Position numbers and translations under genes: made by a program
Origin: an uncultured virus (IMG/VR IMGVR_UViG_3300025610_000002)
Taxonomy: Duplodnaviria; Heunggongvirae; Uroviricota; Caudoviricetes
Length of the DNA: 64,000 bases
IMG/VR virus record: IMGVR_UViG_3300025610_000002
Reading direction: 5' to 3' (one strand)
Shown: positions 44,422 through 55,562 of the stretch, piece after piece
Numbering within the stretch: position 1 is the first letter of the stretch
Layout: each line of letters starts with the position of its first letter
Notes under the pieces: model-generated
Seen by the model: only the letters and a program-made list of their open reading frames with translations
Databases searched by the model: none
Told to the model about the DNA's origin: nothing

Positions 44422-45096
44422 ATGGCTGACCACTATGTATTTCTTAGAATTGGTGCAGGTTCTCAAGGTGGAAACGAACTTACGGACAACATCATCCCCC
44501 TAAAGGCAACAAGCGTTTCTATTTCTACAAGTAAAACTATTCCTTCTTTGGATATTCCGTTTAGTGGTTTGTTGACCGGTGAATCGGTTACTGCCGCTTT
44601 GGATTTAGGTATGTCTAGTAAGAGTATTTCCGTTAGCGGATTTCTGCTAGAGGATACTATTACTAAGAAGTTTGATGGGGAATCGGACGCTATCACAAGA
44701 AAATTTACGGCTATTGAATTGGCTCAACTCATTCATTCTAGTGTTGATTCTACAGGGCTACAATCTTATCAAGCCATTAACGAATTGATTTTTCTTTATG
44801 ATTCTAAAGTTGACGAGAATTATGTGCAGAGAGATAGTCCCCAACTCATCCCGTTCAATTATGCGGCGAGAGGGCAAGGAGGGTTTACTGATGGAACCTT
44901 TGACAATCAAGGCGTGGCTTATCCAGCAAATTTTCCCACAAGTAGCACATCGGACGGCATGAAAGGATTCATTCGTTCCTTCAACACTACAATTGATTCA
45001 ACCACGATTGATATTGCTTTTGATTTGCAATTTGAAGTTGCTCAAGTGTTCCCTCAAGGCAACATTATCACTAAGATTCAAGACGCATTGGAGTGA
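44422..45096 (+). CDS. Putative distal tail protein
   Basis: Position after the tape measure; beta-rich. Confidence 0.55.
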   Translation: MADHYVFLRIGAGSQGGNELTDNIIPLKATSVSISTSKTIPSLDIPFSGLLTGESVTAALDLGMSSKSISVSGFLLEDTITKKFDGESDAITRKFTAIELAQLIHSSVDSTGLQSYQAINELIFLYDSKVDENYVQRDSPQLIPFNYAARGQGGFTDGTFDNQGVAYPANFPTSSTSDGMKGFIRSFNTTIDSTTIDIAFDLQFEVAQVFPQGNIITKIQDALE

Positions 45097-45100
45097 TTTC

Positions 45101-46234
45101 ATGTATCGTCTTCTCACCGGAAAGCAACGAAGTCTTGTCTTCCCGGTGATGTGCAACGCCTTTGTTCGCATTGATTATTCCGACAACATTCCTAGAGGTG
45201 AAGATGGAATTTATGAAAATAGTGACGACCAAACCTACGGTCTTTGGAACCACAAGGATTCATTCACAATTGAAACGACGCTTACACCATACGACATTAA
45301 TGGACCCGGTGGAATTACAACGATTCCTTCTGTTACCGCATCGGAAAAAATGATGGATGGGATTAGTCGCACGACTTTAAATGACGCTACAGAGCGAGCA
45401 AAGAGGCCATCTTACAAATACCTCAAAGAGGCAGATAAAGAAGATTACGAGATGAGAGTTTTCCACAGTAGCAAAGTCAAACTTTCTCTTGTCAATGATA
45501 CTGAACATACCGTCAACAACCCATCAAAATACAGAGTGAAGTTTGAGTTGACACTTGGAAGCACAAACCAAACGCTTCTTAGTCCTGTTGTTATCTCGCC
45601 AATCTTCGGTAAATCTTCGGCTACGGACAACACGGTTGGATTTGACTACAATGGGAAATACAAATACGAAGAGGCTACAACTGCTAGCATCTCTAGTTAC
45701 ACTTCTGTTCTCAAACTGATTATCTTTGATGCAAACATTGAGAGTGATTTCCACGAAGGGCAAGAGTTATTCGTTCGCAATGGGTTTGGGGTGACTTCTG
45801 TAGGGAAGGTTGACACCGTTTCGGGAACAACTGTAGAGTTGGTTTCTTCTTATTCCGGAACCTTAGATTCCACCACTCCTATTCTCATTGCTACAACGAA
45901 GAATCCCATTTACACACAAGAAGTTCATCACATTGCCGCTACTTACAACAATCTTAGCAAAGTTATGAAGATTTACTACGGTGGTGTTGAGGTTGCTTCT
46001 ACTGAGCATACTGCTACAGACGCCTTCGCCTTTGACAAGGAGGACTTTTACCTTGGTTCCAACGGAACTTCAAGCACGGCAGAGGATTCAGCAAAGGACA
46101 ACAACCAATTCATGGGCGAGTTACATGAGTTTGCTATCGTGAACGGGGCAAGTGAAGTTTTTGATACGGCAAGCCTTCGCCCTAGATATGCAGAAACTCT
46201 TCTGTATTTCCGATTTGAGGAGGTGGATGCATGA
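45101..46234 (+). CDS. Tail protein with LamG/ConA-like domain
   Basis: SFTIET, HHIAATYN, KIYYGG, FMGELHEFAI. Confidence 0.75.
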   Translation: MYRLLTGKQRSLVFPVMCNAFVRIDYSDNIPRGEDGIYENSDDQTYGLWNHKDSFTIETTLTPYDINGPGGITTIPSVTASEKMMDGISRTTLNDATERAKRPSYKYLKEADKEDYEMRVFHSSKVKLSLVNDTEHTVNNPSKYRVKFELTLGSTNQTLLSPVVISPIFGKSSATDNTVGFDYNGKYKYEEATTASISSYTSVLKLIIFDANIESDFHEGQELFVRNGFGVTSVGKVDTVSGTTVELVSSYSGTLDSTTPILIATTKNPIYTQEVHHIAATYNNLSKVMKIYYGGVEVASTEHTATDAFAFDKEDFYLGSNGTSSTAEDSAKDNNQFMGELHEFAIVNGASEVFDTASLRPRYAETLLYFRFEEVDA

Positions 46235-49200
46235 CGCAATATGCTCTTAGAAAGGGGACTGCACCTAACCCTGCATCCATCATTACCACCATAAATGACG
46301 CTACCAACAATGTCAACTTTGACTGCCCTACCAACCCCGTCTTTTATGAGCAGACCCTTACAACTTCGGCTCATCGGCTTTTCTCGTATGTTTCTACTGA
46401 TGCTAGCCACAGCCAAGACTTCGTTCAAGAGTTAGTTTCGGGGGATTCGGGCGGAACCCAATACAACAACTTGAGCAATACTGAGGGCTACAGTATTCAT
46501 TGCTATGAAGACTCTTCGCAAACAGGGCTACGACTCAACAGTTTAGATAGTGACTATGATTACTTCGTTCTTATTCACTCCAATGATTTGTTGCAACACC
46601 ACTTTGCTAGAATTACAGAGGTTAGAACAGGTGATGTGGACGGAGATTTCTTTGACTTTGAGCCACGACTCGGTAAGAAGATTCCTAGAGATACCAAATT
46701 TATGGTGTTTCGTGGTCCAGAGAAAACAGAAACAAGTATTGTTGCTCTTTCGGCGGGTGTTCTCAATCAACAAATTACCGCAGGTGGCTCTACTTACAAT
46801 TATCAGCGTTCCTATATTTGTGCTAGACCTATCTTTTACTTCTACAAGGACCGCTTAGATAAAAAGGGAGAGTTGGACCACAATAAGAAGTATTTCACTA
46901 AATACGAAAACACTTCTACCACTAGCGCAACAATTACGCCTAGTGATACAAATTGCTTCGTTACTGCTCCCGACTACAATAATCGCATTGTGGACTACAG
47001 TAGATACACGATTAAGGCGACTTTGGTTGATAATCTTAGGGATTTAGACGACCCAACAAAGAACGCTATTACTTCTAACGAAGGCTACACTCTACCGGCG
47101 AACGATTTCACAGATTACGATGAATGTTTCTTCAACGCTAGAAGAGATTCAAACAATGTTTACGATTCTAGTGATGCTTCTACTCTCGTTCTTACCGGGC
47201 CTTATCGGTATATTCACTACAATTATTCACCCGAAAAAGCCAATACGAATTTTTCTCTTGCTTCGTTCAATGTCTTTGAATCGGTTGGGCAGAAGGGCGG
47301 GTATGCAGAAGCAAAACTCATTGACACTCAGCGCATTCTTTCTTCAAAGATTCAAGAGCAGGACTTGATGAGAGTTCGCCACCGAGTTCATACGGCTCGT
47401 CTAGAAGAATTCTTTGCTCTCAAAGCGACCGTTAATGCAGTCGTAAGCGGTAACAACTACACCTTTGATACAGAGTATGACCTAGATGATTTCTTTTCTG
47501 TTGGTGATAAGGTCAAAGTCGGAGATAGAATCCTTATTGTCAACACAATTGGCCTCTTCTCATCTAACCAACAGAACATTACCTTTGAAAGCGATAGCAG
47601 GCTTGAAAGCGCCTCTTCTTTCTCTACTGACTCTTATACCCTATCGGCAGGAGATAGGCTCTACAGACGGGCTTGGAACGCCTCTAAAGGGACTTTGCTT
47701 ACGACCTTCAAGACAGTTGATGGGCGGCACAACAATTTGAAAGTGATTTTCAACACACTCATGGAAGCCACCGTTACTTCTTCCAACCGAGAACACAAGA
47801 CCCTCACTCTAGATTTGAACGATTCTCTCTACGAATCGGTTTCAAATGTGGATTTTTTGACAGGAATCTACAGTTTAGAAATTGAGAGGTTTGAAGGGAA
47901 CATTGAACAAATTGATACTCAAAGAGAATTCGGGCAGAATTTCTTGAAGATTTATGGCCGAAGCAATTATTCAAAATTAATTTCTCCAACAGTAAACAAG
48001 AATTATTTGTTTAGCAAGGATATTATTTATTCTTCCAATAGCCCCTACAATAATTTGGTTAAGGTTGGGACTTCTTCAGATGTTTCTTTTGCTAGCGACG
48101 AATTTGATTTAGATGCAGACTCAGCGGTTACTTTGAGTAGCGGAGATAAATTGTTTATTCGATACGATAATAGGTCTATCGCCTATATTGGGGAGTTTGA
48201 CCGGCATCCCCGTGTATTTTTTATTCCCGATAGGTCAGTTATTGAATTAAAAGGAAATTCTTTAGCATCTTGCTATGTTCCCGGCTCACCCCCTATTACC
48301 GTAGATATTTACAAGGCTAACACTAAGAATTACATATTTTCCAAAGCACTTTCGGCAGATAACAGACTTACATCTTTTGCAACGAGTTTAACTGCGGCTA
48401 CAGAAAAAGGTGTATTCTTTGAAAGTGGCGTGGATATTTCCGATAACACTTCTTTGACGAAAACTTCGGTTTCTACTGATGATAAAGCGATTGGCTATCA
48501 TATCAATGACCCTACAAATATCAGCAAAGACGAAGCATTCCAAGCAAGGCTCTCCGATGGAGATTCAACTTTCTCTACTTTTGATACGGTGAATACTCTT
48601 GCTGACTTTACTGTTGTTTCAACTACAAAGAAGGACGGTAAGACGATTATTGAGTTGGCCCCCTATGTTCCTATTACTCTAGGCAGAATGGAATACAACG
48701 ATGCAGATGAAACCGAAATTACCTTTTCTTCTTGGGGTGTTACTACCGGGTCAATTACAAAATCCTCCAATCAAAGATACATTGAATTGAGTGGTAATCC
48801 GGGCTTCTACGGGGATGAAGGTGAACCTATTTACATCAATGAAGTATTTGCAGGATACATTACCCAAGTAATCAAACCTAGCACTACTGCGAATTGGCGG
48901 GTGTATGTTGACCGTGCAGTAGAATACAGTAGCGGCGATACAGTCAAGGTATTGGACCAAACTTTGCTATCTACAGGTTCAACGGGTGGCGGAGAAAGGA
49001 CAAAAGAAACTCACGACCTCTATTTGGTGAATGGAGCGCACCTTCATGGAGGTAAATTTGTTGCTCTCATCAACAGTTACTTTGCTGATGGTGTTCCTCA
49101 TGTGATGAATTTTCACATTGAACAAGGCCTTACAACCAACATTCATCGTCACGGCTACCCGCTCTATAGAATTCACCATTTTGAGAAAGGAGTTTTTGAT

Positions 49201-52200
49201 TATATTTCTTCTCCGGTTAATAAATCAATCAGCAAAGAAGATTCTAATTATTACGAAGGAGGTAGTAAACTAAAGTATTACGGGGTTTCTTACAAGATTA
49301 ATCCAGCAAGGCTCTACGAATCTTTTACTTTCTACGATGGAATTATTGGTAGAAATCTAATTCAAGGTTCTTCGCATCAACATATGCCTGTTGAGCGTCG
49401 TGGTAATCATCCTGCTAGTGGGTCGTTGTATTTTGATTACAATATCTTTGAAAGTGGGCATAGCAAAGATGTGGTTGTTTCTGGTAGCGAACCCGATGTT
49501 CCGCAGTTTTCATCCATTAACCGATACCGACCTAGGGATATTCTACAACAATTTGACCCTAAAGCACAACGCTTGTTTTTGTTTGCTACTTCAGACCTTT
49601 TACCTTCTTCTAGCAAGAGAAGTGATAGTATCTTTAACTCCTCCGTGATTACAGAGAAAGAAGACCTGTTAAATTTCAAATTACTACTTTTGAATAATTC
49701 TTCTTCTGATTCGTATTCTGTTGCCCAATCCAATTTCAGTTCAACCGGTTCTTCTGTTAAAATGACGGACGAGAATTACGAAGATGCTTCTATTATTGAA
49801 GTTGACCGTGACATTACAAAACTAATGAAAACGGGAATTATGCGACTCACAGAAGTTGTCTTTGATTGCGCCTTCAATCAATTCAATCCCGAAAAGCCTC
49901 CTAAGTCAACAAAGACGCTTCCTCAATTTATCTACTACTACCATGAGGTTTCTTCTCTTGGTGTTACCGTTTCTAGTTATGGAACAAACGAAATTGAAGT
50001 CAGTTCTGCAATTACAGTAGCAAATAATGAGGTTCTCATTGATGATGAGGGAAATCTCATCGGAACTGCGAATGGCGCACAATCAAGTGTAACTACTGTT
50101 TCTCTTAACGCAAATCCTATTCCTACCGATAGCGGTAGTGAATACACAGGGACTCTCTACAAAGCGACAGTTAAGAAAACTACAATTAAGGGTCATGGGG
50201 AAAAGGACTCTCTTCTTGAATTTGAAGAGAATATCAATCTATTGAGAGGAACTGTTCTCAATAGCAGTTATGCCCCTAGTAATTTCTCTACAGTCTTTGG
50301 AAATGCCATCAATAGTCCCGGCGGAACTGCGGCTACTCAAAAATCCCACTTGATTCTTCCTCTGAGTTTCAATGATGAAGACGAGATTGGTAATTCAGTT
50401 GACGGACACCCTAGCCTTTGGTTAAAGAAAATTGACTCTCTCCCGGACTCCGCCGGTAGTAGAGATTCATTCTTGGATTCGCAACTACACGGGGTTTTCC
50501 TAGACAGATATGATGTTGAAGACGGTCTTCGTAGTAACAACGGTCTTAGCCGTGGGACGGCTTTCCCTGCAAACTACAACACTCATTTACGAAAATACGA
50601 TAACGACATTACTACTTTGAATATGGGACTTCGTAATGATTACGACTTCTTGTATTTTGAAGGCCCTTATGGTGATTCTAGAACTGCAACTTCCAATGAT
50701 GGTGAAGGGGTTCTCATCGGATTTAAGTTGCGCCTTGCTATTAATTACGGCCTCTCAAACATTACCCGTTCTACGCAATATGGTCCGGGCGGAAAAACTC
50801 TCTACAAATACACAATCACTTCCGAACCTGTTCTAGATTACATCAAAGATTTAACCGGTTGCTATTTGGTATCCGAAGAAGGCACGGTATATGGGGAAGA
50901 CGATAACGGAGCGGCAGTCCGGGTGAATACTAGCACACCTACCCCACCGCAAGGCATCAACAATGTCATGCCCGATGATGTAGGATATGTTCTTTCACAT
51001 GAGATTGATAGTAGTGATTCTACATTGACGCACATTCTCCTCGTTGACGCAGATTTGACCAACGGATACTACAGAGTAATGCAACCGAATGAAACGGCAT
51101 TTTACGAATTTACGCCAAACAGAATCAAAATGAATACGCTTTCCAGCGAATACACGAAGGTTCCTTATGAAAATAAGACATACGATGTGACAAGAGATTA
51201 CCTCTTTGGATACGGCTCCGGTGGTCGTGACTTCAATAGTGTAAACAATGCGGGACACAATGAAGCCGTCCTTTCCATGTATGTTCTTGTGGACCCCGAC
51301 AGGCAAGACATTGACACCAATAGAAGCGAATTGGTTACGAGGACCTTTGGTTGGTCGCATTATGTGTTTTCCGGGGATGCGTTTGAATACACAAAACAGT
51401 TCAGCGTGTGTTTAGCCGATGGTGAAACGACCTACAAAACAAGTCTTGTAGCAGAATACCTTAGCAATACGAGAGGGGCTTACATTGAATTCGGTGAAAT
51501 GCAGGAAATGAATGGTGTCGTTTCAGTTTCGGAAATGATTACCATTACCACTTCCAAGAATGTTTCAATTAACCCCAAGAGGGCAATGATTGGTTCCGTT
51601 GTTTCTATCGCCAATGAAGCAGAAGATATTCTCAATGACCTGTTTGAATCCAATGATTTGGAATACGAGTTCACGGATACAAATGATTACCCTCTATTCC
51701 TTGCCCCAAACTATAAGAGCGTAGACTTGTTTTCAGCCATCAATTATGTTCTTCAGCGCAAGAAAAAGGTATTGATTTACGAAAACGACAAGTTTACTGT
51801 GAAAAATAAAGATAACTCTAGCCTTTATCCAAAGATTTTCTTGAGCGATTCCAATAACAAGATTCAGATTAAGGACTTCAACCGTTCAAGTGGTCTGTTT
51901 GACCTTTACAATGAAATTATTGTGTATGGTGATTCGCATGTTTCTACCAAACGAAACCTACGAAGTATTGACAAGATTGGCAAAAAGACACTTGAGTTTG
52001 AAGACAAGACTATCTTTACTCAAGAAGATGCAGATGAGAAAGCCATTGAATTGCTTAGGCAACATTCCAAAACCAATGAGAAAATTACGATGGAGATTGG
52101 CCATGTAGGATTGAGCCAACTCCGGGCAGGCGATACCATTGATTTGGAATTGACTCAAGAAGGTGTATCTAGAGGCCAATATCTCATCTTGGAAATGGAA

Positions 52201-52524
52201 CATCAAATTGATGGATTCATCAAATTGGAACTTGGGCGATTCAGTAAGGGCTTGGAAGACAGACTCGCAGAAGTTCTCATTTCCACAAAACAAAATAGAG
52301 CATTCCTTCGCTCAAAGGAATTGGCTTCCGCCAACGAGAATGCATCCTTGCTGGACCTCATCAATGTGAGGGAACGAAAACTATTGGTGCAGACTCGGAC
52401 CTCTTCGGGAGGAAGTTCTTTTAACATAGGTTTCGTGGAAGAAATTGGGTTTGATACCGCAATGGGCTTTGGAACTTCCGGGGCAAGTATTACAACCACA
52501 ACTGTTAGGGAGGTGGAATATTGA
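46231..52524 (+). CDS. Large tail tip/baseplate hub protein (2097 aa)
   Basis: Beta-rich; C-terminal hub-like region (DLYNEIIVYG, SIDKIGKK, LRAGDTI..YLILEMEH). Confidence 0.75.
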   Translation: MTQYALRKGTAPNPASIITTINDATNNVNFDCPTNPVFYEQTLTTSAHRLFSYVSTDASHSQDFVQELVSGDSGGTQYNNLSNTEGYSIHCYEDSSQTGLRLNSLDSDYDYFVLIHSNDLLQHHFARITEVRTGDVDGDFFDFEPRLGKKIPRDTKFMVFRGPEKTETSIVALSAGVLNQQITAGGSTYNYQRSYICARPIFYFYKDRLDKKGELDHNKKYFTKYENTSTTSATITPSDTNCFVTAPDYNNRIVDYSRYTIKATLVDNLRDLDDPTKNAITSNEGYTLPANDFTDYDECFFNARRDSNNVYDSSDASTLVLTGPYRYIHYNYSPEKANTNFSLASFNVFESVGQKGGYAEAKLIDTQRILSSKIQEQDLMRVRHRVHTARLEEFFALKATVNAVVSGNNYTFDTEYDLDDFFSVGDKVKVGDRILIVNTIGLFSSNQQNITFESDSRLESASSFSTDSYTLSAGDRLYRRAWNASKGTLLTTFKTVDGRHNNLKVIFNTLMEATVTSSNREHKTLTLDLNDSLYESVSNVDFLTGIYSLEIERFEGNIEQIDTQREFGQNFLKIYGRSNYSKLISPTVNKNYLFSKDIIYSSNSPYNNLVKVGTSSDVSFASDEFDLDADSAVTLSSGDKLFIRYDNRSIAYIGEFDRHPRVFFIPDRSVIELKGNSLASCYVPGSPPITVDIYKANTKNYIFSKALSADNRLTSFATSLTAATEKGVFFESGVDISDNTSLTKTSVSTDDKAIGYHINDPTNISKDEAFQARLSDGDSTFSTFDTVNTLADFTVVSTTKKDGKTIIELAPYVPITLGRMEYNDADETEITFSSWGVTTGSITKSSNQRYIELSGNPGFYGDEGEPIYINEVFAGYITQVIKPSTTANWRVYVDRAVEYSSGDTVKVLDQTLLSTGSTGGGERTKETHDLYLVNGAHLHGGKFVALINSYFADGVPHVMNFHIEQGLTTNIHRHGYPLYRIHHFEKGVFDYISSPVNKSISKEDSNYYEGGSKLKYYGVSYKINPARLYESFTFYDGIIGRNLIQGSSHQHMPVERRGNHPASGSLYFDYNIFESGHSKDVVVSGSEPDVPQFSSINRYRPRDILQQFDPKAQRLFLFATSDLLPSSSKRSDSIFNSSVITEKEDLLNFKLLLLNNSSSDSYSVAQSNFSSTGSSVKMTDENYEDASIIEVDRDITKLMKTGIMRLTEVVFDCAFNQFNPEKPPKSTKTLPQFIYYYHEVSSLGVTVSSYGTNEIEVSSAITVANNEVLIDDEGNLIGTANGAQSSVTTVSLNANPIPTDSGSEYTGTLYKATVKKTTIKGHGEKDSLLEFEENINLLRGTVLNSSYAPSNFSTVFGNAINSPGGTAATQKSHLILPLSFNDEDEIGNSVDGHPSLWLKKIDSLPDSAGSRDSFLDSQLHGVFLDRYDVEDGLRSNNGLSRGTAFPANYNTHLRKYDNDITTLNMGLRNDYDFLYFEGPYGDSRTATSNDGEGVLIGFKLRLAINYGLSNITRSTQYGPGGKTLYKYTITSEPVLDYIKDLTGCYLVSEEGTVYGEDDNGAAVRVNTSTPTPPQGINNVMPDDVGYVLSHEIDSSDSTLTHILLVDADLTNGYYRVMQPNETAFYEFTPNRIKMNTLSSEYTKVPYENKTYDVTRDYLFGYGSGGRDFNSVNNAGHNEAVLSMYVLVDPDRQDIDTNRSELVTRTFGWSHYVFSGDAFEYTKQFSVCLADGETTYKTSLVAEYLSNTRGAYIEFGEMQEMNGVVSVSEMITITTSKNVSINPKRAMIGSVVSIANEAEDILNDLFESNDLEYEFTDTNDYPLFLAPNYKSVDLFSAINYVLQRKKKVLIYENDKFTVKNKDNSSLYPKIFLSDSNNKIQIKDFNRSSGLFDLYNEIIVYGDSHVSTKRNLRSIDKIGKKTLEFEDKTIFTQEDADEKAIELLRQHSKTNEKITMEIGHVGLSQLRAGDTIDLELTQEGVSRGQYLILEMEHQIDGFIKLELGRFSKGLEDRLAEVLISTKQNRAFLRSKELASANENASLLDLINVRERKLLVQTRTSSGGSSFNIGFVEEIGFDTAMGFGTSGASITTTTVREVEY

Positions 52525-52859
52525 TTACCGATGAAGCAAGAGCAGACCTCGCAAACTACTTGAAGACAACTTACACCAAGGCTAGAATTGGATTAGGCGG
52601 GAACAGTAGCAGTCCTATTTCCGAAGACCTTGATGTTCCCATTTATGATGTAAGCACGGTCGTTCGTTCTCTTTCCGATGAGAATGTTGTAGATTTCAAA
52701 TTCTCTGTGGCGGGTTCTGCAATCTCCGGATACACGATTCGTGAATTGGGTATCTTTGATGCGACATATTCCAAGATGCTCACACGGCTCAACTTTGAAG
52801 GGATTGGTCCCTTCTCATCGGGCGATGTGGACTTCTTTGTGACCATTGAGGTGGAGTGA
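52521..52859 (+). CDS. Small tail tip/fibre attachment protein
   Basis: ITDEAR..IGLG..TIRELGIFD pattern of tail-fibre N-terminal/collar domains. Confidence 0.6.
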   Translation: MITDEARADLANYLKTTYTKARIGLGGNSSSPISEDLDVPIYDVSTVVRSLSDENVVDFKFSVAGSAISGYTIRELGIFDATYSKMLTRLNFEGIGPFSSGDVDFFVTIEVE

Positions 52860-52860
52860 A

Positions 52861-55557
52861 ATGACGAGTAGCGACAATAGCGGAGGATTCAGCAGAATGG
52901 CGGTTGACCCCACATTAGGGGGTCTTCGTGACGGAACTGATTTCCCACATAGCGGCATCTTCCATGCTTTGAACATAGCGAGTGGGGGCAGTTATGCCGT
53001 GCTGGATGGGAACAACTTTGACATTACGCAAAGTGATTCATCGGGCAATACGCAGTTTGTTGTAGCGGCTGGTAGAGTGTTTAGAGATGGAGAATACCTT
53101 GCAGAAATCGCTACTGCTACCTTTACACAAGGGACTCCTGCTACCTTTGACGAACCAACGGCTGGTAATATGTATTACCTTCTTGTTGTAAACGCCAGCA
53201 ATGTTTTGGAACTGAAAGATAATAACAGTTTAACGGCAGTAGATATTGTTCCTGTTCCTGCCGCAGGAGATATTCCTATTGCGGTTATTCGTTTGGCCGC
53301 AGGAGAAACTACAACTCAGCGGCATATTCAATTCTTGACTACCGGTAAAACAAGCAATTCAGTTAGTATTGGTTATCCTAGCGGCTCCAATTATAGTGAG
53401 CAGTTGTCCATCACAAGCGATGGAACAAATGTTGCTTTTGCTGGTGCTAGTAATAGTGATATTCAGTTTACGCCTTCGGGTTCGGGACAAGTTGATGTGA
53501 CTACGGGTGATATGATTGTCAGCAATGGGAATTTTGAGGTTCCCAATGGATACTCGGAACTCACAGTAGTTAAGAGTGTAACTGATGGAGGGGCCGCAGG
53601 ATTAGTTGCAGGAACTCCTGTTTATCCAACGAATTACGCCTCCGGAAAAATTATCGTGGATAAAGCCGATGCTACTCAAGCAGATGGAAAATACCCTGCG
53701 ATTGGTTTGGTGTATGCTAATATCTCTTCGGGTGGTAACGGTAAGGTTGTCGTCAACGGGTTAACCGGAGATATTGGAGCGGCTTTGTTTGATGCTGGTT
53801 CCTATTCCGAGGGCGATGTGATTTATCTTTCCCCCAATGTTGGAAAACTTACGAACACTCGCCCCAATGCAACTACGGATATTGTTCAAAACATTGGTAG
53901 AATCGTTCATCTTAGTTCTTTTACTGCGGGTTCTTCGGGAACGGCGAAAATTCTAGTGCAGGGTTCGGGCCGTTCAAACGATGTTACGAACGATGGCTTT
54001 GTAACCACTAATGCTTCTTCTATTCCTAACTCTAGACAGATTACTGCTGGAACAGGAATTGCGCTTAACGATGGTGGTGCTGGCTCAACTCTTGAAGTTG
54101 TCAATTCAGCACCCGACCAAACAGTAAGTTTGACCGGGGCAGGCATTACCGAAGTTACAGGGACTTATCCCAACTTTACTATTACTTCCACAGAAGAAGA
54201 TACATTAAATTCAGTAACAGGAAGGGGCAACACAACCACCAATAATATTACTGTTGGTAACTTAAGTGCCGGAGAAACTGATGTTGACGGATTAACGAAC
54301 AGTAAACACTTGGTTGCATCTAAGAAAGAAGCCTTACTAGCAGACTTCCCTGTTTTGGGTGGTGGTCCTCCGATTGAAGATATGGTCTTCTATATCAATG
54401 AACCGGGGCCGTTTGGATTACCTGATGCCTCGGCTCATGATGGAACCGTTATTACGCTCAAGAATATCTATGCGGCGGCAGTAACGATTTCTTCTCTTGC
54501 AGGGCAACTCATTGATGAAGGCGTTTTCTCTCACGATGCAAGGCTTACTGCGGCCAATACCATTACTTTGGATAGAATGGAAAGCATTACTTTGCAGGGC
54601 GTCACAGATGCTTTGGCTACTTTAACAACAGGGTGGATGGTTATTGATACTGATAGCGACACAGATACCGATACGGGCATCCTAAATGTTGTTGAAGATA
54701 CTACGCCACAATTGGGTGGTATGTTGGATGTCAACGGTAATTCCATTGGGGACGGCACTAATGAATTGCTCAGTTTTTCGGAAACAGCGAGCGCAGTAAA
54801 TTATCTTGAAATTACCAATGCCGCCACAACAAATGACCCTAAGTTATCTGCGGCTGGTAGTGATACCAATATTGGTATTGAAATTGAATCTAAAGGAACC
54901 GGGCTAATAACATTAGATGGTAATGTTTTGATGGGGGAAGTCGTCGGGACTTACGGGACCGCACCTAGAAACTTGAACTTAATTGGCCCGGATGCAGTTA
55001 TGCGAGTTGCCCGAACATCAACACTTGCCTACGCTCCGGCGATGGAATTGATTCACCTATCTTCAGATGGAAACACCACCAACGCATATTTTGACATTTT
55101 TTTAGAAACAGACAAACTTCAATTTAGAGATAGAACAACTGCTGGTGGCGCAGGTCAAGCGGCAGGAATTGAAATCCTTACTCTCATGGAGGGAACAGGT
55201 AAAGTTGGAATTCAAAATCCCTCACCTACTGCTGACTTAGACCTTGTGGACGGGGGAACATTCCGTTCAACAAGGCTTCTAACTGTCAATATTACGGCTG
55301 ACGATACTTTAACTGAAAGTGAACACGCCGGTAGGTATTGTTTTGTAACGGGTGCTAGCAGAACTATTACTTTGGGGGCGACAACGGCTGATGTAGCGGC
55401 AGGTATTCATTACACTTTAATTAGTAACGACGCCAACGGCTTCACACTAACTTCCACGAAAACAATGAATGGTTCATCTGATGATATTACCGTTACTGCG
55501 AGAAACGCTGTAACTATTATTGCCGATGGGTCTAATTATGTTGTATTAGGTGCGTGA
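52861..55557 (+). CDS. Tail fibre protein (mosaic)
   Basis: Gly/Thr/Ser-rich; ITAGTGIAL, VTGRGNTTTNNI, VEDTTPQLGGMLDVNG, GKVGIQNPSP fibre modules. Confidence 0.8.
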   Translation: MTSSDNSGGFSRMAVDPTLGGLRDGTDFPHSGIFHALNIASGGSYAVLDGNNFDITQSDSSGNTQFVVAAGRVFRDGEYLAEIATATFTQGTPATFDEPTAGNMYYLLVVNASNVLELKDNNSLTAVDIVPVPAAGDIPIAVIRLAAGETTTQRHIQFLTTGKTSNSVSIGYPSGSNYSEQLSITSDGTNVAFAGASNSDIQFTPSGSGQVDVTTGDMIVSNGNFEVPNGYSELTVVKSVTDGGAAGLVAGTPVYPTNYASGKIIVDKADATQADGKYPAIGLVYANISSGGNGKVVVNGLTGDIGAALFDAGSYSEGDVIYLSPNVGKLTNTRPNATTDIVQNIGRIVHLSSFTAGSSGTAKILVQGSGRSNDVTNDGFVTTNASSIPNSRQITAGTGIALNDGGAGSTLEVVNSAPDQTVSLTGAGITEVTGTYPNFTITSTEEDTLNSVTGRGNTTTNNITVGNLSAGETDVDGLTNSKHLVASKKEALLADFPVLGGGPPIEDMVFYINEPGPFGLPDASAHDGTVITLKNIYAAAVTISSLAGQLIDEGVFSHDARLTAANTITLDRMESITLQGVTDALATLTTGWMVIDTDSDTDTDTGILNVVEDTTPQLGGMLDVNGNSIGDGTNELLSFSETASAVNYLEITNAATTNDPKLSAAGSDTNIGIEIESKGTGLITLDGNVLMGEVVGTYGTAPRNLNLIGPDAVMRVARTSTLAYAPAMELIHLSSDGNTTNAYFDIFLETDKLQFRDRTTAGGAGQAAGIEILTLMEGTGKVGIQNPSPTADLDLVDGGTFRSTRLLTVNITADDTLTESEHAGRYCFVTGASRTITLGATTADVAAGIHYTLISNDANGFTLTSTKTMNGSSDDITVTARNAVTIIADGSNYVVLGA

Positions 55558-55562
55558 TTAAA